Positions 1-9,989 of a DNA stretch of 16,441 nt are shown piece after piece. The stretch comes from Sandaracinaceae bacterium (lineage in GTDB: Bacteria; Myxococcota_A; Polyangia; Polyangiales; Sandaracinaceae), in the NCBI GenBank assembly GCA_044220955.1, contig JBGAQA010000128.1, positions 1 to 16,441 on the forward strand, in the 5' to 3' direction. Made by a program: the position numbers and the translations under genes. Position 1 is the stretch's first letter; each line of letters opens with the position of its first letter. A model generated the notes under the pieces. The model had not been told where the DNA came from and did not search any database. It saw only the letters and a list, made by a program, of their open reading frames with translations.

Positions 1-119
1 TGCTGGCGGGCAGCTTCGAGCCCGGCTACCGCACGCCGGCGTCGGTCTTCGGTCCGGACTTCGTGCTCGGGTTCCCGAGGACGAAGCGCGAGGATCTCGC
101 GCGGACGCCGTTCGCGTGA
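1..119 (+). CDS. 3' end (partial) of a saccharopine dehydrogenase / trans-acting enoyl reductase-like NADP-binding protein
   Basis: Not in the ORF track. The frame from position 3 reads LAGSFEPGYRTPASVFGPDFVLGFPRTKREDLARTPFA* (TGA 117-119) with GC3-rich codons. The PG[FY]xTPAxx[FY]GxDFVL...REDL ending resembles the C-terminus of bacterial saccharopine-dehydrogenase-family proteins (recognised from memory, only 38 aa visible). Confidence 0.6.
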   Translation, partial: LAGSFEPGYRTPASVFGPDFVLGFPRTKREDLARTPFA

Positions 120-195
120 GAGCGAGGGCGAGGGCGAGGGCGAGGGCGAGGGCGAGGGCGAGGGCGAGAGCGAGAGCGAGAGCGAGAGCGAGAGC
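118..195. repeat. Compound hexanucleotide tandem repeat: GAGAGC x1, GAGGGC x7, GAGAGC x5 (13 units)
   Basis: Read directly: GAGAGC 118-123, (GAGGGC)7 124-165, (GAGAGC)5 166-195. It fills almost the whole gap between two convergent stop codons. Confidence 0.97.
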
Positions 196-204
196 CAGCC
201 CCCG

Positions 205-2829
<2,625 letters not shown>

Positions 2830-2910
2830 GCCCAGCGCGACTCTACACGGGGACGCGCGAGGCCGTACACGGGGCTATCCGTGCCCAGAGGACACGCGTA
2901 GACAGGTACC

Positions 2911-4830
2911 ATGAACGCGACGCTCGAGTGGCTCGAGCCCGATGGGCTCGGCGGTTTCGCGATGGGGACGCTCGAGGGCGTCCGGACGCGCCGGTACCAC
3001 GGCCTCCTGGTCTCGGCGCTCGCGCCGCCCTCCGACCGGCGCGTGCTCGTCTCCGGCGTCGAGGCGTGGATCGAGACCTCGCTCGGGACGGTTGCGCTCA
3101 CCTCGCAGCGCTATGGCTCGCCGGTGGGAGAGGTGACGCACCCGGACGGCGCGTCGCGTGTCGTGCTGCGGACGACGACGCCGTGGCCGACGTGGACCTT
3201 CGCGCTGCCGGACGGAACGCGGATCGAGCACGAGGTCTTCGTGCCCCACGGACGCGCGGCCGTGATGCTGCGCTGGCGCGTCGTGAACGGGGCGGGTGGG
3301 CGCCTCTTCGTCCGCCCGCTGATCGCCGCGCGCGAGTTCCACGGGCTCTCGCGCGAGACGGCGTCGATCGACGCGCGGCCGGTGGTCGAGCGCGGGCGCG
3401 TCGCGTGGCGCCCCTCCGCGGGCATGCCCGAGATCGTGTCGGTCGCCGACGCGCGCTACGAGCACGACGCGAGCTGGTACCGGCGCTTCCGGTACGCCGC
3501 CGAGCGCGAGCGCGGGCTCGACGCCGAGGAGGATCTCTGGTCGCCGGGCACCTTCTCGGCCCCGCTCGACGAGAGCGTGCCGGTCGCCCTCGGCTTCACC
3601 ACGCGCGCGCTCGAGCCGGCGCTCGCGCACGATCCGCGCAGCGCCATCGGGATCTGGAACGAGCTCTCCGCGCGCGAGCGCGCGCGCCGCACGGCGCTGG
3701 GATCTCCGCTCGCGCGCGCCGCCGACGCGTACGTCGTCCGGCGCGGCGAGGGCAAGACGATCATCGCCGGCTATCCGTGGTTCGGCGACTGGGGCCGCGA
3801 CACGTTCATCGCGATGCGTGGGCTCTGTCTAGGGACCGGTAGGCTGGACGACGCGGGCGCCATCCTCGGCGCTTGGGCAGCGCACGTGGACGGCGGGATG
3901 CTGCCGAACCGCTTCCCCGATCACGGCGAGGCGCCCGAGCTGAACTCGGTGGACGCGGCGCTCTGGTACCTCGTCGCGGCGCGCGAGTACCTCGCGCATC
4001 GGCCCGACGCGCCCGAGCGGGCGGTGATCGAGGCGGCGATGCTCGCGATCGTGCGCGGTCACCTCGCGGGGACGCGCTTCGGCATCCGCGTCGACCCGGA
4101 GGACGGCCTGCTCGCGGCGGGCGAGCGCGGCCAGCAGCTCACGTGGATGGACGCGCGCGCGGACGGTCGCGAGGTCACGCCGCGGATCGGCAAGCCCGTC
4201 GAGGTGAACGCGCTCTGGCTGAACGCGCTCGACGCGGTGAAGCGGCTCGACGGCTCGCTCGAGGGGCGGCTCGCGCAGGCGCTCGCGTCGTTCCGCGCGC
4301 GCTTCGCGCTCGACGACGGGACGCTCGCCGACGTGGTCGACGTCGATCACGAGCGCGGGCGGATCGATCGCGCGATGCGGCCGAACCAGATCTTCGCCGT
4401 CGGCGGCCTGCCCTTCGCGGCGATCGAGGGCCCGGGTGCGCGCACGATCGTGGACGCGGTCGAGCGCGCGCTCGTGACGCCGATGGGCCTGCGGACCCTC
4501 GCGCCGGCCGAGCGCGGCTACGCGCCGCGCTACGAGGGCGGGCCTCGCGAGCGCGACGCGGCGTACCACCAGGGGACGGTCTGGCCCTGGCTGATGGGCC
4601 CCTTCGTCGACGCCTGGCTGAGTGTGCGCGGCGACGCGAGCGAGGCGAGGGCCGAGGCGCGCCGGCGCTTCTTCGACCCGCTCCACGCGCAGACGGCGAC
4701 GCTCGGCGTGGGGCACCTCGCGGAGATCGCCGATGCCGAGCCGCCGCACGCGCCCAAGGGGTGTCCGTTCCAGGCGTGGAGCGTCGGGGAGCTGATCCGG
4801 ATGGCGAGGCGCGTGGGCGTGGGGATGTGA
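2911..4830 (+). CDS. Amylo-alpha-1,6-glucosidase (glycogen debranching enzyme, GDE_N + GDE_C, archaeal-type), 639 aa
   Basis: N-terminal EWLEPDGLGGFAMGT...TRRYHGLL. C-terminal IIAGYPWFGDWGRDT, NSVDAALW, TWMDA, GKPVEVNALW, RPNQ, YHQGTVWPWL, GCPFQAWS. Confidence 0.93.
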   Translation: MNATLEWLEPDGLGGFAMGTLEGVRTRRYHGLLVSALAPPSDRRVLVSGVEAWIETSLGTVALTSQRYGSPVGEVTHPDGASRVVLRTTTPWPTWTFALPDGTRIEHEVFVPHGRAAVMLRWRVVNGAGGRLFVRPLIAAREFHGLSRETASIDARPVVERGRVAWRPSAGMPEIVSVADARYEHDASWYRRFRYAAERERGLDAEEDLWSPGTFSAPLDESVPVALGFTTRALEPALAHDPRSAIGIWNELSARERARRTALGSPLARAADAYVVRRGEGKTIIAGYPWFGDWGRDTFIAMRGLCLGTGRLDDAGAILGAWAAHVDGGMLPNRFPDHGEAPELNSVDAALWYLVAAREYLAHRPDAPERAVIEAAMLAIVRGHLAGTRFGIRVDPEDGLLAAGERGQQLTWMDARADGREVTPRIGKPVEVNALWLNALDAVKRLDGSLEGRLAQALASFRARFALDDGTLADVVDVDHERGRIDRAMRPNQIFAVGGLPFAAIEGPGARTIVDAVERALVTPMGLRTLAPAERGYAPRYEGGPRERDAAYHQGTVWPWLMGPFVDAWLSVRGDASEARAEARRRFFDPLHAQTATLGVGHLAEIADAEPPHAPKGCPFQAWSVGELIRMARRVGVGM

Positions 4831-4966
4831 GCGAGCCGCGGGCGCAGCCCGCAACCGGGGGCATCGGCGGCGCGTAGCGCCCCGCAGGTTCGCGTCGCGG
4901 CCGACCGGTGGCACGGGGCTGCTTTCCGGAGCAGCGGCCGTGGGAAGCGAGAGCGGGATCTGAGGT

Positions 4967-4984
4967 CGTCTTAAGCCGTCTTAA
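4967..4984 (+). promoter_or_regulatory. Perfect 8-bp direct repeat CGTCTTAA-N2-CGTCTTAA (10-bp period); candidate winged-helix regulator site
   Basis: Copies at 4967-4974 and 4977-4984. TTAA is rare in this GC-rich DNA. The repeat ends 16 bp upstream of a putative -35 box. Confidence 0.55.
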
Positions 4985-5000
4985 CGCTCGGCTCCGGCCG

Positions 5001-5029
5001 TTGTTGCCCGCGAGGGACGCCTGTACCTC
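5001..5029 (+). promoter_or_regulatory. Putative sigma70-type promoter TTGTTG-N17-TACCTC for the VWA lipoprotein
   Basis: TTGTTG at 5001-5006 and TACCTC at 5024-5029 with a 17-bp spacer. ATG 5037 is 7 nt downstream, with no clear Shine-Dalgarno. The match to consensus is partial. Confidence 0.4.
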
Positions 5030-5036
5030 GGTGGGC

Positions 5037-6461
5037 ATGACCAACACGTCCGCTCTCGATCGAAGCGTGCTCGTTCTCTCCCTGCTCGCGCTCGCCCTCG
5101 CCCCGGGCTGTACGGTGGGGCGACGCTCCGCCTCGTCCGGCCCGGCGTTCCACGCCGACGCGGGTGTGCCTCCCTTCGGGGATGCGCGCGTGCCGGGGGC
5201 CGACGCCGGACCGCGACCCGACACCGGGCCGGGCTCGACGCGCGACTCCGACCGCGACGGGCTCTCCGACGCCGACGAGGCGGCGCGGCGCACGAACCCG
5301 TTCCAGTCCGACTCGGACGGCGACGGCTACGAGGACGGCGTGGAGGTGCTGGCGGGCACCGACCCGCTCGACCGCCTGAGCCGCATCCGCCCCACCGACT
5401 TCTACGTCGTGCTGCCCTACCGCGATCCGGAGGTCCACCGCGAGCTCGACTTCCGCGCGCGCCTCGGCCGCGCCGACATCTTCTTCCTGGTCGACACCAC
5501 CGGGAGCATGGGCCTGCCGATCGACAACGTGCGGCGCTCCCTCGCGACGACCATCGTCCCGGCGATCAGCGACTCGATCGCGGACGCGGCGATGGGCGTC
5601 GGCGACTTCCGCGACTTCCCCGTCGCGATCTACGGCGCGCCGACCGACTGGTCCATCGTCGTCCGCCAGACGATCACCGACGACGTCTCGCGGGTGCAGA
5701 ACGCGCTCAACGGGCTCTCGGCCGCCGGCGGCGCGGACACGCCCGAGGCGGCGGGGCAGGGGCTCTACGTCTCGATCGCGGACCCCTGCCTCGATCCCGA
5801 CGGTGGCTACGGCGCGGCGTGCTTCCGCAACAGCTCGCACCCGATCATCGTGCTCGTCACCGACGTGGGCTTCCACAACGGACCCGATCCGATCAACGAC
5901 TACGTCGGCGTGCCCGAGGCTCACACCTGGGCCGAGACCGTCGAGGCGCTCGTGCTGCACGACGCGCGCGTGGCGGGCGTCGGGATCGCGTACCCGGAGT
6001 ACGGCCCCTCCGCCGCGCTGCCGGACCTCACGGCGCTCGCCGACGCGACGGGCTCGCACGACGCGATGGGTCGCCCGACCGTCTACCAGGCCGTCGGCGG
6101 CGCCGTGGACTCGGCCGTCGTCGACGGGATCGTGGACCTCGTCGGGTCGGCGAGCCAGGACGTGTCCTCGCGCGGCCTCGACGACGACACCGACGCCGTC
6201 GACGCGCGCGAGTTCATCACCGCGATCACGCCGGTACGCGCGACGCGCGCGACGAGCTTCGACGCGACGACGTTCCACGGGGTCGCAGGCGGCACCACGG
6301 TCACCTTCGACGTCACCTTCCAGAACGACTTCCGCCCCCCGACCTCCACGGTCCAGATCTTCCGCGCGTACGTCGAGGTGTACGACGTCGACTCGCGCAC
6401 CACGCTCGATCGCCGCACGGTCTACGTCGTCGTCCCGCCCGAGGACGGGATCATCATCTGA
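5037..6461 (+). CDS. Lipoprotein with two TSP3-like Ca2+-binding repeats and an integrin-beta-like VWA domain, 474 aa
   Basis: Start moved from 4908 to ATG 5037, giving signal peptide MTNTSALDRSVLVLSLLALALAPG-C. Then a Pro/Gly/Asp linker, 22-aa repeats DSDRDGLSDADE..TNP and DSDGDGYEDGVE..TDP, MIDAS-type DIFFLVDTTGSM, GGADTPE, IIVLVTDVGFH, and a beta-rich C-terminal domain. Confidence 0.88.
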   Translation: MTNTSALDRSVLVLSLLALALAPGCTVGRRSASSGPAFHADAGVPPFGDARVPGADAGPRPDTGPGSTRDSDRDGLSDADEAARRTNPFQSDSDGDGYEDGVEVLAGTDPLDRLSRIRPTDFYVVLPYRDPEVHRELDFRARLGRADIFFLVDTTGSMGLPIDNVRRSLATTIVPAISDSIADAAMGVGDFRDFPVAIYGAPTDWSIVVRQTITDDVSRVQNALNGLSAAGGADTPEAAGQGLYVSIADPCLDPDGGYGAACFRNSSHPIIVLVTDVGFHNGPDPINDYVGVPEAHTWAETVEALVLHDARVAGVGIAYPEYGPSAALPDLTALADATGSHDAMGRPTVYQAVGGAVDSAVVDGIVDLVGSASQDVSSRGLDDDTDAVDAREFITAITPVRATRATSFDATTFHGVAGGTTVTFDVTFQNDFRPPTSTVQIFRAYVEVYDVDSRTTLDRRTVYVVVPPEDGIII

Positions 6462-6473
6462 CACAGCCTCGCG

Positions 6474-6506
6474 CGTCCCCTCTCCCACCAGGTGCGAGAG
6501 GGGACG
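6474..6506. terminator. GC-rich hairpin between convergent genes (possible bidirectional terminator or REP-like palindrome)
   Basis: CGTCCCCTCTC (6474-6484) pairs perfectly with GAGAGGGGACG (6496-6506), plus an inner CAC/GTG pair. There is no U-tract on either side. Confidence 0.6.
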
Positions 6507-6517
6507 AAGCTCTCGCC

Positions 6518-9307
6518 TCACTCGGCGAGGCGGAGCGGCACGTCGGGGTCGAGCCGGTAGCCCTCCGGCTCGCTCTCGAGGATCCCCTCGAGGCCGAGCT
6601 TGCGCAGGGTGCTCACCGCGACGTAGAGGCGGTTGCGCGCGGAGTCGCTCCGCATGCGCTCGCCCGGCCAGCCGGCCTCGAGGAGCGTCGCGTGCGAGAC
6701 GCGCGCGCCGGGCTCGAGCAGGCGCTGCTCCACCAGCGCGAGCAGCAGGCGCCGGGCGAGGTGCCGCGACGCGAGGCCGACGCGCGTCCCGTCGGGCAGC
6801 GAGAGCCAGCGCGCGTCGCGCTCCACGACGAGCTCGCCCTCCTTCGCGCGGGGCGAGACCGGTGCGGGTCGCTCCCGCGGCGGCGGGCGCGAGGGGATCC
6901 TGGACGCTCCGAGCGCCCGCCGCGCGATCCGGTCCGAGATCCTCGGGTCCACGCCGGAGCTGGCGTCGACCGGGCAGCGCTCGAGCCGCTCCATCGCGCG
7001 CTTGCGAGCCGCGGCGGCGGCGCGCGCGTCTCCGTCGGCGTCCGCGCGCGCGGCGAGGGCCAGGTCGAGGTGGGCGTGCTCGATCTCGACCGCGAGGCCC
7101 ACGCCGCGATACGGCAGCACCGCGGCGACCTCGCGGGCGCGCGCGAGGTTCCGGCGCGCGCCGTCGTCGTCGCCCCGCCAGGCGAGCGTCGCCCCTCCGT
7201 GAGCGAGGAAGAGCGCCTGGTGCTGCGTCTCGCCCTGCGTGCGCAGGATCGTGCAGGCCTCGTCCAGCTGCGCGCAGGCCGCGTCGAGGTCGCCGAGCTC
7301 GCGAAGGACGATGCCGGAGTACCCCAGGTAGATGCCCACGTAGAGTGGGTGCGCGACGCGGCGGTACACGGCGATCGCGCCGTCGAACGCCTCGCGTGCA
7401 GCGACGAGGCGTCCCTCGACGTGCGCCAGGTGCCCCGCCGCCTGGCGCGCCATCGCCGAGACGTTCCAGCCGAGGTCGTCCGCGGCGAGCCGCTCTGCCT
7501 CGGCGACCACGGCGCGCGCCGCGTCCGCACGTCCGGCCTCGAGGCGCAGGATCGCGATCTGGCACAGAGCGACGCCCTCCCACTGTCGGTCGCCCACCGC
7601 GCGGAACCCACGCACGCTCTCGAGGAAGAGCGCCTCGGCTCTCTCGACGTCGCCGAGCTGCGTCCGGCGGGCCGCGAGCTCGTTGGCCGCCACCGCGCGG
7701 TCGCGCGGCCGGCCGTGCTCGCGCAGGATCGCCAGCGCCTGCTCCGCGTCCGCGAGCACCTCATCCGTCGGTCCGATCCAGCCGTGCGCGCGCGCCCAGA
7801 GGAGGCGCCCCTCGAGCCCGCGATCCCGCGCCCTCCGCGCCAGCCGGATGGCCTCGTCGCGCGCCCGCGTCGCCTCGGCGCGCCGCCCGACGAGGCTCGA
7901 CGAGATCGCGCTCGCCTCGAGCAGCCGCGCCGCGAGCGCGAGCGGGATCTTGCCGAAGGTCTCGCGCACGCGCTCCGCGCTCGCGTGGGTGGCTTCGGCG
8001 GCGCCGACGGCCAGGCGGACCGGCTCGAGGCCGAGCACGAGCCAGGAGGCGCGCTCTGCCGAGTCGCGCGGCGGCGTCTCCGTGCCCAGCAGCGTCGCCA
8101 GCGCAGCCTCGAGGTTCTCGCGCTCGAGCGTGAGCAGACGCAGCGCCTCGGCGTCGTCGTTCTCGTCGACGCGGGTGCGCAGCGTGCGGGCGACGTCGGC
8201 GTAGTGACGCGCGTGCCGCAGTCGGACTTCGCCGGCTCGGGGCAGGGCATCGAGCTTCTCGCGCGCGACGGCGCCGAGCGTCTCGTAGGGAGCGAGGCGC
8301 CGCAGACCCGGCAGCCCTGGAGGCTCGTACGCGCGGAGCAGCGCCTTCTCGCGCAGCGCGTCGAGGCGCCCGAGCGGCAGGGGCCCCGAGAGCACGGCGC
8401 TCGCTGCCTCCGCGTCGAGCCCGCCGCGGAACGCGCCGATCTCGGCGAACGCGACGGCGTCTGCCCGCGAGAGCAGCGCGAGCGACCACTCGATCGCGGC
8501 GCGCAACGTGCGGTGCCGCTCGGGCCTCCCGCGCGTGCCCGCGCTCAGCGCGTCGATCCCGCGCGAGAGGTCCGAGAGCAGGGCGCGCGTGCCCAGCGTC
8601 GCGAGGCGCGAGGCGGCGAGCTCGATGGCGAGCGGGATCCCGTCGAGGCGTCGGACGAGCGCGCCGGCCGCGCTCACCTCGGCAGGGTCGGGGTCGTAGC
8701 GACCGCGCACCGCCTCCACACGATCGCGGAAGAGCCGGTAGGCGTCGGAGCGTGTGATCGCGGGCGGGTCGTCGGAGGCCGCGGGGAGGCCGATCGGCAG
8801 GAGCTCGAGCGCTCGCTCGCCGCCGATGCGCAGCGCCTCGCGCGACGTGACGAGGAACGTCGCCTCCGGTGCGCCTTCCGCGAGGAGTCGCACCGTGGTG
8901 GCGGAGGCCTCGACCAGCTGCTCGAAGTTGTCGAGGACGAGCAGGACGGCGCCGTGGCCGGCGAGCTGTGCCGCGAGCCGCGCCGGGTCGGGGCCGCGCG
9001 CCGCGATCGGAACACCGAGCGTCGACGCGACCGCGGACAGGAAGGAAGTGTCGTCCGTGCACGACGCGAGATCGGCGAAGTAGACGCCGCCCGGATGCTC
9101 TCGCGCTCGCCGGCTCGCCCAGTGGATCGCGAGGCGCGTCTTGCCCATGCCACCGGGGCCGACGAGGGTGAGGATGCGGCAGCCCGCCTCGACGAGCGCC
9201 GTCATCCGGCCGAGGTCCGCGTCGCGACCGACGAACGGGTCGGGCTCGAACGGGAGCCGGCTCCGCGGCGGCGGTGCGTCTGCGCGCGGGCGAGGGGAGC
9301 GGGGCAT
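6518..9307 (-). CDS. STAND (NB-ARC/AfsR-like) ATPase with TPR-like repeats and a C-terminal OmpR-like winged HTH; probable transcriptional regulator, 929 aa
   Basis: FVGRDADL, Walker A GPGGMGKT, Walker B LLVLDNFE, sensor VTSRE, LDGIPLAIELAA (GxP motif), RHRTLRAAIEWS, helical TPR-like repeats, a Pro-rich linker, and C-terminal LLLALVE...LLEAGWPGE...NRLYVAVSTLRK...GYRL typical of OmpR/PhoB-type wHTH. Confidence 0.88.
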   Translation of the reverse strand: MPRSPRPRADAPPPRSRLPFEPDPFVGRDADLGRMTALVEAGCRILTLVGPGGMGKTRLAIHWASRRAREHPGGVYFADLASCTDDTSFLSAVASTLGVPIAARGPDPARLAAQLAGHGAVLLVLDNFEQLVEASATTVRLLAEGAPEATFLVTSREALRIGGERALELLPIGLPAASDDPPAITRSDAYRLFRDRVEAVRGRYDPDPAEVSAAGALVRRLDGIPLAIELAASRLATLGTRALLSDLSRGIDALSAGTRGRPERHRTLRAAIEWSLALLSRADAVAFAEIGAFRGGLDAEAASAVLSGPLPLGRLDALREKALLRAYEPPGLPGLRRLAPYETLGAVAREKLDALPRAGEVRLRHARHYADVARTLRTRVDENDDAEALRLLTLERENLEAALATLLGTETPPRDSAERASWLVLGLEPVRLAVGAAEATHASAERVRETFGKIPLALAARLLEASAISSSLVGRRAEATRARDEAIRLARRARDRGLEGRLLWARAHGWIGPTDEVLADAEQALAILREHGRPRDRAVAANELAARRTQLGDVERAEALFLESVRGFRAVGDRQWEGVALCQIAILRLEAGRADAARAVVAEAERLAADDLGWNVSAMARQAAGHLAHVEGRLVAAREAFDGAIAVYRRVAHPLYVGIYLGYSGIVLRELGDLDAACAQLDEACTILRTQGETQHQALFLAHGGATLAWRGDDDGARRNLARAREVAAVLPYRGVGLAVEIEHAHLDLALAARADADGDARAAAAARKRAMERLERCPVDASSGVDPRISDRIARRALGASRIPSRPPPRERPAPVSPRAKEGELVVERDARWLSLPDGTRVGLASRHLARRLLLALVEQRLLEPGARVSHATLLEAGWPGERMRSDSARNRLYVAVSTLRKLGLEGILESEPEGYRLDPDVPLRLAE

Positions 9308-9435
9308 CTGCTGCGATTCGAGCCCGGCGGCGGAGGGAAGGCAATAGCGCGGTGCGCCACGCCCGTGCCGAGCGCTTCGACGAGCCGCGCGTGGCTCAGA
9401 TCGCGCCGGGCACGTGGATTGCTCGCGGAGCGCGC

Positions 9436-9891
9436 ATGTCGATCCGCTCGCTCGCCGCCATGTTCCTGTGCCTGGGCTGCGCGTCCACGCCTGCTGCCGT
9501 CGACGCCGGCGGCCCGCGGTGCCCGCTCGCGGAGCCCGCCGACGGTGAGGCGTGCACCGTGGTGGGTGCCGAGTGTGTCTACGAGCGCTGCGCGAGCGGG
9601 GGTGTGGTCCGTGCGGCGTGTGCCGCGGGCGATGGGGGTGCCGGGCACTGGAGCGCGACGACCACTCCCTGTGGCTCGTGCAACGGGAGCGCGTGCACCG
9701 GCAACACCGTCTGCATGGAGCGCCAGGGCGGCGCGCTCATCACGAGCTGCGCGTCGCACGGCTGTGGCACCGGCCCGCTCTCCTGCGACTGCCTCTGCGG
9801 CGCCGGCGTCGAGTGCACCATCGAGCGCTACGCGGGTACGGGACCGATCTACGGGTGCCGCGCGGGCTGCGGCGCAAGCATCTGTCCTTGA
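9436..9891 (+). CDS. Small cysteine-rich lipoprotein, 151 aa, function unknown
   Basis: Start moved from 9274 to ATG 9436 (GGAG at 9427-9430). Signal MSIRSLAAMFLCLG-C. 20 Cys in total, 18 after the predicted lipidated Cys. Confidence 0.8.
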   Translation: MSIRSLAAMFLCLGCASTPAAVDAGGPRCPLAEPADGEACTVVGAECVYERCASGGVVRAACAAGDGGAGHWSATTTPCGSCNGSACTGNTVCMERQGGALITSCASHGCGTGPLSCDCLCGAGVECTIERYAGTGPIYGCRAGCGASICP

Positions 9892-9989
9892 TCACGACAC
9901 GAGTGCTCGCCACGCAGGGCCCGGACGGGAGCGCGCGTCGAGCGCGCGGACGGGAGGGACCGGAGAGGCGAGCCGGCCGTTGATCCCGG

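Noticed and set aside
118..195. Tandem repeat considered as a CRISPR array
   Set aside because: The units are 6 bp with no spacers, and there are no cas genes.
4908..5036. N-terminal extension of the VWA ORF given in the track
   Set aside because: It would bury the lipoprotein signal peptide, and the stretch contains promoter- and operator-like sequence.
5037..9307. VWA + STAND pair read as a vWA-MoxR ternary conflict system or an Avs/NLR antiphage system
   Set aside because: The VWA protein is an exported lipoprotein, the genes are convergent, and there is no MoxR ATPase or nuclease/TIR/SIR2/protease effector. The STAND protein looks like a transcription regulator.
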